A stretch of DNA of 64,000 nucleotides. It comes from an uncultured Actinomycetes bacterium. GTDB lineage: Bacteria > Actinomycetota > Thermoleophilia > Gaiellales > JAICJC01. The stretch lies in assembly GCA_963843705.1 (NCBI GenBank), contig CAWJLQ010000009.1:56770-120769 (forward strand), given 5' to 3'. A program made the translations under genes and the position numbers. The notes under the pieces were generated by a model, which worked only from the letters and a program-made list of their open reading frames with translations, searched no databases and was not told where the DNA came from. This document shows, piece after piece, positions 44,268 through 54,565 of this stretch; within the stretch, counting starts at the first letter, position 1, and the number at the start of each line of letters is the position of its first letter.

Positions 44268-45142
44268 CCTGGGTCAACGTGGTGGTGCAGGGCATCCTGC
44301 TCGGAGGCGTCTACGCGCTGCTGGCCTGCGGGCTCGCGCTGATGTACGGCGTGATGCGGATCATCAACCTCGCCCACGGCGACCTCGCCGTGGTCGGCGC
44401 GTACCTGGTGACGGTCGTCCTCGACCACGCCGGCGTGTCGGCCTTCGTCGCCTTCCTGGCCGTGCTGCCCGTGATGCTCGCGCTCGGCTACCTGCTGCAG
44501 CGGACGGTGCTCGAGCGCAGCCTGCGAGCCGGGATCCTGACGCCGATCCTGGCGACGTTCGGGCTCTCCGTGGCGATCCAGAACATCCTCCTGCGCGAGT
44601 TCTCCCCAGACGTGCGGTCGCTGGGCGGGAACGCCGGGTCGCTGACGACGGCCAGCTGGCGGATCACGGACCAGCTCTCGATCTCCGCCATCGGGGCGCT
44701 GACGCTGGCGATGGCCGTGGCCGTGGTCGCCGGCCTCCACCTCTTTCTGCACCGCACGCGGTTCGGCTCGATGATGCGCGCCTGCGCCCAGGACGTCGCC
44801 TCGGCGGAGCTGGTGGGCATCGACTCACGCCGCGTGTACGCCTGGGCGACGGCGCTCGCCGTCGGCATCGCGGCGCTCGGCGGGCTCTTCCTCGGCATCC
44901 GTTCGACGTTCGACCCGACCGCGGGCCCGACGCAGCTGATCTTCGCCTTCGAAGCCGTCGTCATCGGCGGGCTCGGGTCGCTGTGGGGAACGCTGGCGGG
45001 CGGGATCGTGCTCGGGGTGTCCCAGACGATCGGCGCGAAGATCGACCCGCAGTACGCGATCCTGTCCGGCAACCTCGTCTTCCTGGCCGTGATCGCGACC
45101 CGCCGCGGCGGCCTGCTGGGCGAACGGGGAGGGGCGGAGTGA
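44264..45142 (+). CDS. ABC permease (LivH-like)
   Basis: GVMRIINLAHGD, VVIGGLGSLWG. Confidence 0.9.
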   Translation: MTWVNVVVQGILLGGVYALLACGLALMYGVMRIINLAHGDLAVVGAYLVTVVLDHAGVSAFVAFLAVLPVMLALGYLLQRTVLERSLRAGILTPILATFGLSVAIQNILLREFSPDVRSLGGNAGSLTTASWRITDQLSISAIGALTLAMAVAVVAGLHLFLHRTRFGSMMRACAQDVASAELVGIDSRRVYAWATALAVGIAALGGLFLGIRSTFDPTAGPTQLIFAFEAVVIGGLGSLWGTLAGGIVLGVSQTIGAKIDPQYAILSGNLVFLAVIATRRGGLLGERGGAE

Positions 45143-46173
45143 CCGGCGCGGCCATGGCCACGGCCCCGCGGGGGCGTGTCCGGCGCTGGTCGCGGCTCTC
45201 GGCCGGGTCGACCGCCGTGGCCGGCGGCATCGCGCTCGTGCTCGCGCTCGCGCCGGAGTTCTCCGGGGCGAACACGATCCTCGACCTGACCAACCTGATG
45301 ATCCTCGTCGTGATGGCGGTGATGTGGAACGCGCTCGCCGGCTTCGGAGGCCTGGTCTCGATCGGTCAGCAGGCCTTCATCGGCCTGGGCGCGTACGCCA
45401 CCGTCTACCTGGTCCATCACGGCCAGCACCCGTATGTCGCGATGCTCGAGGCGACGCTCTTCTGCGGGCTGCTCGCACTGCCGCTCTCGGTCTTCATGCT
45501 GCGTCTGCGCGCGGCCCAGTTCGCGATCGCGATGTGGGTCGTCGCCGAGGTGCTCGCGATCCTGGTCACGCTCGACTCGAGCCTCGGCGCCGGCACCGGC
45601 ACCTCGCTGATCGAGTTCAACTACTACGACCCGACGCAGCGGGTGCACTTCACGTACTGGTGGGCGCTGGGGGCGGCGGTGGCCTCGCTCGTCGTCGTCT
45701 TCGTGCTGCTGCGAAGCCCGTTCGGCGCCTCGTTGCAGGCGATCCGCGACGACGAGGTGGCGGCGCGGTCGCTGGGCGTCCGCGTGACCGAGGTGAAGAC
45801 GGTGCTGTTCGTGCTCGCGGCGCTCGGCTGCGGCGCGGCCGGCGCGGCCACGCTGGCCAACATCCTCTTCATCGAGCCGACCGCGATCTTCTCGATCCAG
45901 TACACGGCCTACATGATCTTCATGGTGCTCGTCGGCGGGCTCGGCAGCTTCGAGGGGCCGATCCTGGGCGCGATCGCGCTCTGGATCATCCAGACGGAGT
46001 TCATCTCGAACGGCACCGTGTACCTGGCCGGGATCGGCGCGACCGCGATCCTGTTCGCCATCTTCCTGCCGCGCGGCGTGTGGGGCACCGTCACCGACCG
46101 CTTCGGCGTCGTGCTCCTGCCGGTCGGCCGCGAGCTCGTCGTCGAGGAGCCGCAGGAGGAGGACACCGGATGA
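45139..46173 (+). CDS. ABC permease (LivM-like)
   Basis: WNALAGFGGLVSIGQ, AIRDDEVAA, VGGLGSFEGPILG. Confidence 0.9.
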   Translation: MTGAAMATAPRGRVRRWSRLSAGSTAVAGGIALVLALAPEFSGANTILDLTNLMILVVMAVMWNALAGFGGLVSIGQQAFIGLGAYATVYLVHHGQHPYVAMLEATLFCGLLALPLSVFMLRLRAAQFAIAMWVVAEVLAILVTLDSSLGAGTGTSLIEFNYYDPTQRVHFTYWWALGAAVASLVVVFVLLRSPFGASLQAIRDDEVAARSLGVRVTEVKTVLFVLAALGCGAAGAATLANILFIEPTAIFSIQYTAYMIFMVLVGGLGSFEGPILGAIALWIIQTEFISNGTVYLAGIGATAILFAIFLPRGVWGTVTDRFGVVLLPVGRELVVEEPQEEDTG

Positions 46174-47276
46174 GGGTCACGGCGGCGGTGACCGAGGCCA
46201 AGGGCGCACCGTTCACGCTCGAGCAGCTCGAGCTGGGCGACCCGCGCCCGGACGAGGTGCTGGTGCGGATCGCTGCGGCGGGGATCTGCCACACCGACCT
46301 GATCGTGCGCGACCAGTGGTATCCGGTGCCGCTCCCGGCCGTGCTCGGCCACGAGGGCGCGGGCGTGGTCGAGCGGGTCGGCTCGGCGGTGACGGCGGTG
46401 GCGCCCGGCGACCGGGTCGCGCTCAGCTACGGGTCGTGCGGCCGCTGCCCGTGTTGCGTCACCGGGCGCCCGTTCTACTGCCACGACTTCTTCGCGCGCA
46501 ACTTCGGGGCGGCCCGCCAGGACGGCACGAGCGCACTCTCCCGCAACGGCGTCCTGGTCCACGCGCACTTCTTCGCCCAGTCGAGCTTCGCCACCCACTC
46601 GGTCGCGACCGAGCGCAACCTCGTCCGCCTCGACGGCGACGTGCCGCTCGAGATCGTCGCCCCGTTCGGTTGCGGCATCCAGACCGGGGCCGGGGCCGTC
46701 CTGAACGTGCTCGACCCTCCCGCCGGGAGCGCGATCGCGGTATTCGGAACCGGCAGCGTCGGCCTGGCGGCGATCCTCGCCGCCCGCGTCGCGGGTTGCA
46801 CCACGATCGTGGGCATCGACCGCAACGAGCGCCGCCTGGACATGGCGCGCGAGCTCGGCGCGACCCACACGGTCGCCGCCGAGCGCGCCGACGCCGTCGC
46901 CGAGGTGATGCGGATCACCGGATACGGATCCGACTTCAGCCTCGAGACGACGGGCTCCCCGCTGGTCTTCCGGCAGGCGGTGGAGTGCACCGCCCCCACC
47001 GGCGTGTGCGGCCTGATCGGCGCGCCCGCGTTCGGCACCGAGGTCGCGTTCGACATGAACAGCATCCTCGTCTCGGGGCGTACGATCCGGGGCATCGTCG
47101 AGGGCGATAGCGTGCCCTCGGTCTTCCTGCCCCGGCTCATCGAGCTGTGGCGCCAGGGCCGCTTCCCCGTGGAGCGGTTCATGACCTTCTACGACTTCGA
47201 CCAGATCGATCGGGCCGCCCGGGACGCCGAGGCCGGCGAGGTGATCAAGCCGGTGCTTCGCACCGGCAGCAGCTGA
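46170..47276 (+). CDS. Zn-dependent aryl/benzyl alcohol dehydrogenase
   Basis: GICHTD, LGHEGAG, structural Zn Cys cluster, FFAQSSFATH, PFGCGIQTGAG typical of XylB/AreB-like enzymes. Confidence 0.88.
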   Translation: MRVTAAVTEAKGAPFTLEQLELGDPRPDEVLVRIAAAGICHTDLIVRDQWYPVPLPAVLGHEGAGVVERVGSAVTAVAPGDRVALSYGSCGRCPCCVTGRPFYCHDFFARNFGAARQDGTSALSRNGVLVHAHFFAQSSFATHSVATERNLVRLDGDVPLEIVAPFGCGIQTGAGAVLNVLDPPAGSAIAVFGTGSVGLAAILAARVAGCTTIVGIDRNERRLDMARELGATHTVAAERADAVAEVMRITGYGSDFSLETTGSPLVFRQAVECTAPTGVCGLIGAPAFGTEVAFDMNSILVSGRTIRGIVEGDSVPSVFLPRLIELWRQGRFPVERFMTFYDFDQIDRAARDAEAGEVIKPVLRTGSS

Positions 47277-47286
47277 GGAGGAACGC

Positions 47287-48762
47287 ATGAGCGCGACGGA
47301 CACGCGAGCGAAGGACTGCCGCCACCTGATCGGCGGGCAGTGGGTCGACGCCGCCGACGGCGGCCGCTTCGACGATCTCGACCCGTACACGGGGGGCATC
47401 GTCGCCTCGGTCGCCTCGGGCGGGCGTGAGGACGCCCGCCGCGCGATTGAGGCCGCCCACGAGGCGTTCGCGGCCTGGTCGCAGGCCGGCCCCGGCCAGC
47501 GCCAGGCCGTGTTCCTGAAGGCCGCGGACGTGCTCGAGTCGCGCCGCGACGAGGTCGTCGAGTGGCTGGCCAAGGAGACCGGCTGCAGCTTCGGCTTCGG
47601 CATGTTCCAGATGGGCTTCGTGCCCGGGCTCTTCCGCCAGGCGGCCGGAGCGGCGTACGCGCCGCTCGGCCAGGTGCTGCCCTCCGACCTGCCGGGGGCG
47701 TTCGCCATGGGCGTGCGCCGGCCGGTCGGCGTCGTCGGTGCGATCTCGCCGTGGAACGCGGCGCTGATCCTGTCGGCGCGCGCGATCGCGGCGCCGATCG
47801 TGTTCGGCAACACGGTGGTGCTCTCGCCGTCCGAGGAGTCGCCCTACGTCGGCGGCCTGCTCTGGGGCGAGATCTTCGCCGAGGCCGGGCTGCCCGACGG
47901 CGTCCTGAACATCGTCGCCCACGACCGCGGCGGGGCCGCCGCGATCGGCGACGAGATGGTCGAGAACCCGCGCGTGCGCCGGATCAACTTCACCGGCTCG
48001 ACGGCGACCGGCCGCAAGCTGGCGGAAGCCGCCGGGCGGCATCTGAAGCGGGTCGTGCTCGAGCTGGGCGGCCAGAATCCCCTGATCGTCCTCGCCGACG
48101 CCGACCTCGAGTACGCGGTCAACGCGACGGCGTTCGGCGCCTACCTGCACCAGGGTCAGATCTGCATGTCGGCGCGGCGGATCATCGTCGAACGGCCGAT
48201 CGCCGAGCGGTTCACGGCCGCGCTGGCCGAGAAGGTCGCGGGCCTCGGCGTCGGCGACCCGCGCGAGCACACGACCATCATCGGTCCGCTCATCAACGCG
48301 GCGGCGCTCGAGACCGTCAGCCGCCGCGTGGACGACGTCGTCAAGGCGGGCGCCAGGCTCCTCGCCGGGGGCGGGGCCGACGGCGCCTGCTACCGGGCGA
48401 CCCTCCTCACCGACGTGCCCCGCGACAGCGAGTTCGCCCAGGTCGAGACGTTCGGCCCGGTGGCGTCGATCGAGGTGGTCGAGAGCGCCGACGAGGCCGT
48501 CGCGGCGGCCAACGCCACCAGCTACGGGCTCGCCTCCGGGATCATCACCACCGATCCCGACAAGGGGCTCGCGCTCGCCGGGCGGCTCCAGACCGGGATC
48601 GTGCACGTGAACGACCAGCCTGTCCACGACGAGCCGCAGATGCCCTTCGGCGGCGTCAAGGACAGTGGCTGGGGCCGCTTCGGCGGCACGTTCGCGATGG
48701 ACGAGTTCACGGAGATGCAGTGGGTGACCGTGCAGTCCGGGACCCGGCCCTTCCCGTTCTAG
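47287..48762 (+). CDS. Aromatic aldehyde dehydrogenase (vanillin/benzaldehyde dehydrogenase-like)
   Basis: ISPWN, FTGST, LELGG, HQGQICMS, ETFGP, PFGGVKDSGWGRFGG. Confidence 0.9.
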   Translation: MSATDTRAKDCRHLIGGQWVDAADGGRFDDLDPYTGGIVASVASGGREDARRAIEAAHEAFAAWSQAGPGQRQAVFLKAADVLESRRDEVVEWLAKETGCSFGFGMFQMGFVPGLFRQAAGAAYAPLGQVLPSDLPGAFAMGVRRPVGVVGAISPWNAALILSARAIAAPIVFGNTVVLSPSEESPYVGGLLWGEIFAEAGLPDGVLNIVAHDRGGAAAIGDEMVENPRVRRINFTGSTATGRKLAEAAGRHLKRVVLELGGQNPLIVLADADLEYAVNATAFGAYLHQGQICMSARRIIVERPIAERFTAALAEKVAGLGVGDPREHTTIIGPLINAAALETVSRRVDDVVKAGARLLAGGGADGACYRATLLTDVPRDSEFAQVETFGPVASIEVVESADEAVAAANATSYGLASGIITTDPDKGLALAGRLQTGIVHVNDQPVHDEPQMPFGGVKDSGWGRFGGTFAMDEFTEMQWVTVQSGTRPFPF

Positions 48763-48776
48763 GCCGGGGGACGAGC

Positions 48777-49586
48777 GTGGCGGAGATCATGAGCCTCGAG
48801 GAGGCGGTTGCCGAGCTCGTCTCGGACGGCGACGCCGTGGCCCTGGAGGGGTTCACCCACCTGATCCCGCACGCCGCCGGCCACGAGCTGATCCGCCAAC
48901 GCCGCACGGGGCTCACCCTGATCCGGCTGACGCCCGACGTGGTCTACGACCAGATGATCGGCATGGGCTGCGCGGCCCGGCTCGTCTTCTCGTGGGGCGG
49001 GAACCCGGGTGTCGGGTCGCTGCACCGGCTGCGCGAGGCGGTCGAGCACGGCTGGCCGGTCCCGCTCGAGATCGAGGAGCACTCCCACGCCGGCATGGCC
49101 GCCGCCTACGCCGCCGGCGCGGCCAACCTGCCCTTCGCCGTGCTGCGCGGCTACGCCGGCACCGACCTCGTCGAGCACACGCGCGCCGCCTGGGTCACCT
49201 GCCCGTTCACGGGCGAGCGGCTGGCGGCGGTGCGCGCGCTGCGGCCCGACGTCGGCATCGTCCACGCCCAGCGCGCCGACCGCAGCGGCAACGTGCAGCT
49301 GTGGGGGATCAGCGGCGTGCAGAAGGAGGTCGTGCTCGCCTCGGCGCGCTCGCTGGTGACGGTCGAGGAGATCGTGGACGAGCTCGACCCGGTGCCCGGG
49401 GCGGTCTTCCTGCCCGCGTGGACCGTGACTGCGGTCGCCGTCGCCCCGGGCGGCGCGCATCCGTCGTACGTGCACGGCTACTACGACCGCGACAACGCGT
49501 TCTACAGGAGCTGGGACACGATCAGCCGCGACCGCGGGGTGTTCGCCGAGTGGATGCGCGAGCACGTGCTGGAGGTCGCCGCATGA
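48777..49586 (+). CDS. pcaI: 3-oxoadipate CoA-transferase subunit A (glutaconate CoA-transferase-like type)
   Basis: LEGFTHLIP, FSWGGNPGVGSLHR, EEHSHAG; pca context. Confidence 0.9.
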   Translation: MAEIMSLEEAVAELVSDGDAVALEGFTHLIPHAAGHELIRQRRTGLTLIRLTPDVVYDQMIGMGCAARLVFSWGGNPGVGSLHRLREAVEHGWPVPLEIEEHSHAGMAAAYAAGAANLPFAVLRGYAGTDLVEHTRAAWVTCPFTGERLAAVRALRPDVGIVHAQRADRSGNVQLWGISGVQKEVVLASARSLVTVEEIVDELDPVPGAVFLPAWTVTAVAVAPGGAHPSYVHGYYDRDNAFYRSWDTISRDRGVFAEWMREHVLEVAA

Positions 49587-49723
49587 CCAACACTCGCCTG
49601 CGGCTCGCGTTCGTGGGGGAAACCATGCTTCCCCCACGAGCCCCCGTCTTCTGGAAGCGCGGGGAACCTTCCGGTTCCCCACACCCCTCCCCCGCGCACC
49701 CGTCGACCAAGGTCGCCGCGTGA
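49573..49723. repeat. ~137-bp double-hairpin insertion flanked by direct repeat AGGTCGCCGCRTGA (REP/MITE-like)
   Basis: Direct repeat at 49573-49586 and 49710-49723. Hairpins TCGTGGGGGAA/TTCCCCCACGA (49611-49639) and GGGGAACC/GGTTCCCC (49661-49680). Confidence 0.75.
49583..49723 (+). CDS. Possible 46-aa mini-ORF spanning the insertion
   Basis: ATG overlaps the pcaI stop (ATGA) and its TGA overlaps the pcaJ GTG (GTGA); no homology recognised. Confidence 0.35.
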   Translation: MTNTRLRLAFVGETMLPPRAPVFWKRGEPSGSPHPSPAHPSTKVAA

Positions 49724-50487
49724 GCGAGTGGACGGCCGAGGAGATGATGGCGGTCGCCGCCGCCCGCAGGCTGCACGACGGCACGGTGTGCTTCGTCGGC
49801 ATCGGCCTGCCCAGCCGGGCTGCGAACCTGGCGCGGGCCACCCACGCCCCCGGCTGCGTGCTGATCTACGAGAGCGGCACGATCGGCGCGAAGCCGGTGA
49901 ACCTGCCGCTCTCGATCGGCGACGGGGAGCTGGCGGAGACGGCCGACACCGTCGTCTCCGTGCCCGAGATCTTCAGCTACTGGCTGCAGGGCGGGCGGAT
50001 CGACGTCGGCTTCCTCGGCGCCGCCCAGATCGACCGCTTCGCCAACCTGAACAGCACGGTGATCGGCGACTACGACCACCCGAAGGTGCGCCTGCCCGGC
50101 GCCGGCGGTGCGCCCGAGATCGCCGCCTCGTGCAAGGAGACGCTCGTGATCATCACCCAGTCGCCGCGCACGTTCGTTGAGCGGCTCGACTTCCGCACGT
50201 CGGTCGGCTTCGGCGACGGCCCGGGGTCGCGGGAGGCGCTCGGCTTCACCGGCCGCGGCGTGTCCGCCGTGATCACCGACTTGGGCGAGCTCGAGCCCGA
50301 CCCGGACACGTGCGAGCTCACGCTCACGCGCATCCATCCGGGCGTGGACGTGGACGGCGTCGTGGCGGCGACCGGGTGGGAGCTCGCGGTCTCGCCCGCG
50401 CTGGCGGCGAGCGCTCCTCCCACGCCGGCCGAGCTCGAGTCGCTGCGCTCGCTGCGCACCGCCGAGGAGCGGGAGCCGGCCGGATGA
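49720..50487 (+). CDS. pcaJ: 3-oxoadipate CoA-transferase subunit B
   Basis: CFVGIGLPS, LIYESG, GFLGAAQIDRFANLN, RLPGAGGAPEIA. Confidence 0.9.
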   Translation: MSEWTAEEMMAVAAARRLHDGTVCFVGIGLPSRAANLARATHAPGCVLIYESGTIGAKPVNLPLSIGDGELAETADTVVSVPEIFSYWLQGGRIDVGFLGAAQIDRFANLNSTVIGDYDHPKVRLPGAGGAPEIAASCKETLVIITQSPRTFVERLDFRTSVGFGDGPGSREALGFTGRGVSAVITDLGELEPDPDTCELTLTRIHPGVDVDGVVAATGWELAVSPALAASAPPTPAELESLRSLRTAEEREPAG

Positions 50488-51197
50488 GCGCGCCCCGGAT
50501 CCGGCGGATCGCCGACGGCGAGGAGGGGACGGTGCATCCGCCGTACGCCCACGACGACTACCGCTCCACCCGCCTGCGCGCGCCGCGGAGGCCGCTGATC
50601 CTGCTCCCCGAGGACATGCACGACCCCTCCGGGCCCGTGTACGGCGACGGGCCGATCGCCGAGACGGACGCCGACCTCACCCGGCAGCACGACGGCGAGC
50701 CGCTGGGCGAGCGCATCATCGTGACGGGGCGCGTGCTCGGGGGCGACGGCCGCCCGGTGCCGAACGCCCTCATCGAGATCTGGCAGGCGAACGCAGCCGG
50801 CCGCTACATCCACCAGCGCGACCAGCACCCGGCTCCGCTCGACCCGAACTTCACCGGGGCGGGGCGCGTGCTGACGGATGCCGACGGCGCCTACCGGTTC
50901 ACGACCGTGAAGCCGGGCGCGTACCCGTGGCGCAACCACCCGAACGCCTGGCGGCCGGCCCACATCCATCTATCGGTGCTCGGGCGCGCCTTCACCGACC
51001 GGCTGGTGACGCAGATGTACTTCCCCGGCGATCCGCTCTTCGACGCCGACCCGATCCTCCAGTCGATCCGCGATCCGCGCCTGCGCGAGCGGCTGATCTC
51101 GCAGTTCGACTGGGAGACGACGACGCCCGAATGGGCGCTCGGGTTCCGCTTCGACATCGTCCTCGGCGGCCGCGACGGCACGCCCTTGGAGGGGTGA
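50484..51197 (+). CDS. pcaH: Protocatechuate 3,4-dioxygenase beta subunit
   Basis: WQANAAGRY, KPGAYPW and WRPAHIH iron ligands; TQMYF. Confidence 0.96.
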   Translation: MSAPRIRRIADGEEGTVHPPYAHDDYRSTRLRAPRRPLILLPEDMHDPSGPVYGDGPIAETDADLTRQHDGEPLGERIIVTGRVLGGDGRPVPNALIEIWQANAAGRYIHQRDQHPAPLDPNFTGAGRVLTDADGAYRFTTVKPGAYPWRNHPNAWRPAHIHLSVLGRAFTDRLVTQMYFPGDPLFDADPILQSIRDPRLRERLISQFDWETTTPEWALGFRFDIVLGGRDGTPLEG

Positions 51198-51202
51198 GCG
51201 CG

Positions 51203-51700
51203 ATGGCCCGGGCGACGCCGTCGCAGACCGTGGGGCCGTTCTTCGCGTTCGGCCTGTGCGTGCGCGACCAGCACCACCTGGTGGCGGACGGCCACCCGGG
51301 CAGCGTGACGATCGCGGGCTGCGTGCTGGACGGCGCTGGCGACCCGGTGATCGACGCGATGGTGGAGGTGTGGCAGCTCGACGAGCGCGGCGAGCGTCGT
51401 GACGGCTTCGGCTTCGGCCGCTGCGGCACCGACGCCGAGGGCCGGTACGCCTTCGTCACGGTGAAGCCGGGCGGTGAGGGCGCTCCCCACCTCGCGATAC
51501 TCGTCTTCGCGCGCGGTCTGCTGAAGCCGGTGCGCACCCGCATGTACTTCCCGGGCGAGCCTGCGAACGCCGACGATCCGCTCATCGCGGCGCTCGAGCC
51601 GGCGGAGCGCGAGGCGCTGACCGGGATCGCCGAGGACGGCGGGATCCGGTTCGACATCCACCTCCAGGGCGAGCGCCAGACGCCGTTCTTCGCGCTGTGA
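51203..51700 (+). CDS. pcaG: Protocatechuate 3,4-dioxygenase alpha subunit
   Basis: TPSQTVGPFF, APHL, FARGLL, FDIHLQGERQTPFF. Alternative GTG at 51194. Confidence 0.94.
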   Translation: MARATPSQTVGPFFAFGLCVRDQHHLVADGHPGSVTIAGCVLDGAGDPVIDAMVEVWQLDERGERRDGFGFGRCGTDAEGRYAFVTVKPGGEGAPHLAILVFARGLLKPVRTRMYFPGEPANADDPLIAALEPAEREALTGIAEDGGIRFDIHLQGERQTPFFAL

Positions 51701-53013
51701 CGACCTTCGCCGCCCTGTTCATCCCGCCCGAGCTGGAGCGCGCGGTGTCCGACCGGGCGTGGCTCGAGGCGATGCTCGAGGCCGAGCGGGCGCTGGTCAA
51801 TGCAGGCGCGATCGCGGGGGTCGTGCCGGCGCATCTGGCCGGGCCGATCGCCACCTGCTGCCGCCCCGACCTGTACGACATCGAGGCGCTCTGCCGCGAC
51901 GGGCGCACGGCGGGCAACCCGGTCGAGCCGCTGGTGCGCGAGCTGCGCGCGCAGGTCGGCGGCGAGGCGGCCGGGTTCGTCCACTGGGGAGCGACGAGCC
52001 AGGACATCCTCGACTCGGCGGCGATGCTGGTGGCCGCCCGCGGCCTCGACCTGATCGCCGGCTGGCTTGCGGCCGCCGCCGAGCGGTGCGCGGTCCTGGC
52101 CGCGGAGCACCGGTCGACCGCGATCGCGGGCCGCACGCTCCTGCAGCAGGCGGTGCCGACGACGTTCGGGCTGACCGCCGCCGGCTGGCTGCTCGGGCTG
52201 CGCGACGCCCGCGAGCTCGTCGCCGGTGTGCGGGCGGGGCGGCTGTGGGCGCAGCTGGGCGGTGCGGTCGGATCGTTCGAGGTGCTGGGGGAGCGGGCGC
52301 CGGACGTGCTGCGCCTGTACGCCCACGAGCTGGGGCTGTCCGAGCCGCCCGCGCCGTGGCACGCCCGGCGCACGCCCCTGATCCACCTGGGCGCTGCGCT
52401 GGCGGCGGCAACCGCCGCCGCGGCGAAGATCGCGCAGGACGTCGTCCTGCTCTCGCAGACCGAGGTGGCCGAGGTGCGTGAGGGCACCGGCGGCGGCTCG
52501 TCGACGATGCCCCACAAGCGCAACCCGGCCGGTTCGGTGCGGGCGCGGGCGTGCGCCGTGCACGCGCGCCGGCACGCGGCGGCGCTGGTCGCGGAGGGGC
52601 CGCACGAGCTCGAGCGCGCGGCCGGGGAGTGGCACGCCGAGTGGGACACGCTGGCGAACGCACTTCGCTTCACCGGCGCCGCCGTGGCCTCGGCGGCCGA
52701 GGTGCTGGCGGGGCTCGAGGTGGATGCCGCCCGCATGCGCCGCAACCTCGACCTGACGGGCGGACTCGTGATGGCGGAGCGGATCACCCACCTCGCCGCC
52801 GGCCGCATCGGCCTGCCGGCCGCCCGTCGGCTCGTCGAAGCCGCCGCCGCGCAGGCGCGCACCGAGGGCATCGCGTTCCGCAAGGCGCTGGGCGACACGC
52901 AGGGCCTGCCCCTGCGGGTCGAGGAGATCGACGCCGCGCTCGACCCGGTGTCGGGCCTGGGGCCGGCCGTCGCGCTGGTCGACCGCATACTGGACGGAGG
53001 GGTGGGAACATGA
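51697..53013 (+). CDS. pcaB: 3-carboxy-cis,cis-muconate cycloisomerase
   Basis: [43 protein letters not shown]. Confidence 0.94.
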   Translation: MTTFAALFIPPELERAVSDRAWLEAMLEAERALVNAGAIAGVVPAHLAGPIATCCRPDLYDIEALCRDGRTAGNPVEPLVRELRAQVGGEAAGFVHWGATSQDILDSAAMLVAARGLDLIAGWLAAAAERCAVLAAEHRSTAIAGRTLLQQAVPTTFGLTAAGWLLGLRDARELVAGVRAGRLWAQLGGAVGSFEVLGERAPDVLRLYAHELGLSEPPAPWHARRTPLIHLGAALAAATAAAAKIAQDVVLLSQTEVAEVREGTGGGSSTMPHKRNPAGSVRARACAVHARRHAAALVAEGPHELERAAGEWHAEWDTLANALRFTGAAVASAAEVLAGLEVDAARMRRNLDLTGGLVMAERITHLAAGRIGLPAARRLVEAAAAQARTEGIAFRKALGDTQGLPLRVEEIDAALDPVSGLGPAVALVDRILDGGVGT

Positions 53014-53390
53014 CCGACGACCGCTACGTGCGGGGCATGCGCGTCCGGCGCGAGGTGCTGGGCGACGACCACGTGGACGCGGCCACCGCCGCCGCGACCG
53101 ATCTCACCGCCGACTTCCAGGAGCTGATCACCCGGTACGCCTGGGGCGAGATCTGGTCGCGGCCGGGCCTCGACCGCCGCACCCGCAGCTGCATCACGAT
53201 CACGGCCCTGGTCGCCGGCGGGCACCATCGCGAGCTCGCCATGCATCTGCGCGCGGCCCGCGGCAACGGGCTCTCCTGGGAGGAGATCCGCGAGGTGCTC
53301 ATGCAGACCGCCGTCTACTGCGGCGTCCCGGCGGCGAACACGGCGTTCGCCGTCGCCCAGGGCGTGCGCGACGAGGAGGCGGGAGCGTGA
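53010..53390 (+). CDS. pcaC: 4-carboxymuconolactone decarboxylase (stand-alone)
   Basis: [34 protein letters not shown]. Confidence 0.95.
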   Translation: MTDDRYVRGMRVRREVLGDDHVDAATAAATDLTADFQELITRYAWGEIWSRPGLDRRTRSCITITALVAGGHHRELAMHLRAARGNGLSWEEIREVLMQTAVYCGVPAANTAFAVAQGVRDEEAGA

Positions 53391-54565
53391 CCCGGGCGGT
53401 GCTCTTGGCCGCGGTGCGCACCCCGGTGGGGCGCTACGGCGGCGCGCTCGGCGGCGTGCGTGCGGACGACCTGGCGGCCGTCGCGGTCGGGGCGGCCGTC
53501 GAGCGGGCCGGGGTCGACCCGGCCGCGATCGACGACGTCTACCTGGGCTGCGCCAACCAGGCCGGTGAGGACAACCGCGACGTCGCCCGGATGGCCGTGC
53601 TCCTGGCCGGCCTGCCGCAATCGGTGCCCGGCGTGACGCTCAACCGGCTGTGCGCGTCGGGTCTCTCGGCGGTGGTCTCGGCCTGTCACGCGATCGTCGC
53701 CGGCGACGCCGACCTGGTGGTGGCGGGCGGCGTCGAGTCGATGACGCGGGCGCCGCTCTCGATGCCCAAGCCGGCGCGCGCCTTCGAGCGCGGCCACCGC
53801 ACGGTCTACGACACCACCCTGGGTTGGCGCTACCCGAACCCGCGGCTCGAGGCGATGTTCCCGCTCGAGAGCATGGGCGAGACGGGCGAGAACGTGGCCG
53901 AGCGCTACGGCGTCTCCCGGGACGACCAGGACGCCTTCGCCCTGCGCTCGCAGGAGCGGTGGGCGGCCGCCGACGCGGCCGGACGGTTCGCCGACGAGCT
54001 GGTGCCGGTCGCCGACCTCGAGCGCGACGAGCACCCGCGCCCGGAGTCGACGGCTGCGGGGCTGGCGGCCCTCAAGCCCGCGTTCCGCAGGGAGGGAAGC
54101 GTCACGGCCGGCAACTCGAGCGGGATGAACGACGGCGCCGCGGCGCTCGTGATCGCGAGCGAGGAGCGGGCGGCCGCGCTCGGGGCGCCGCCGCTGGCGG
54201 TGTTCCGCGGCAGCGCGGCGGTGGGCGTCGACCCGCGGGTGATGGGCATCGGGCCGATCCCCGCGGTGCGCAAGCTGCTCGAGCGCACCGGCGTGGCGGT
54301 CGCGGACATCGACCTGGTCGAGCTGAACGAGGCGTTCGCCTCGCAGAGCGTCGAGGTGGTGCGCGAGCTGGGTCTCGACCCCGATCGCGTGAACGTGAAC
54401 GGCGGCGCGATCGCGATCGGGCATCCGCTGGGCATGAGCGGCGCCCGGCTGGTCGTCTCGCTCGTGCACGAGCTGCGCCGCCGTGGGGGCGGCCTCGGGC
54501 TGGCGACGCTCTGCGTCGGCGTCGGCCAGGGCCAGGCAGCGCTCTTCGAGGTGCCTGGGGAGTGA
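53387..54565 (+). CDS. pcaF: Beta-ketoadipyl-CoA thiolase
   Basis: [41 protein letters not shown]. Confidence 0.9.
   Translation: MTRAVLLAAVRTPVGRYGGALGGVRADDLAAVAVGAAVERAGVDPAAIDDVYLGCANQAGEDNRDVARMAVLLAGLPQSVPGVTLNRLCASGLSAVVSACHAIVAGDADLVVAGGVESMTRAPLSMPKPARAFERGHRTVYDTTLGWRYPNPRLEAMFPLESMGETGENVAERYGVSRDDQDAFALRSQERWAAADAAGRFADELVPVADLERDEHPRPESTAAGLAALKPAFRREGSVTAGNSSGMNDGAAALVIASEERAAALGAPPLAVFRGSAAVGVDPRVMGIGPIPAVRKLLERTGVAVADIDLVELNEAFASQSVEVVRELGLDPDRVNVNGGAIAIGHPLGMSGARLVVSLVHELRRRGGGLGLATLCVGVGQGQAALFEVPGE

Noticed and set aside
51203-51700. Short PcaG (165 aa) as a possible pseudogene
   Set aside because: N- and C-terminal motifs are intact. The shortening appears confined to loops.
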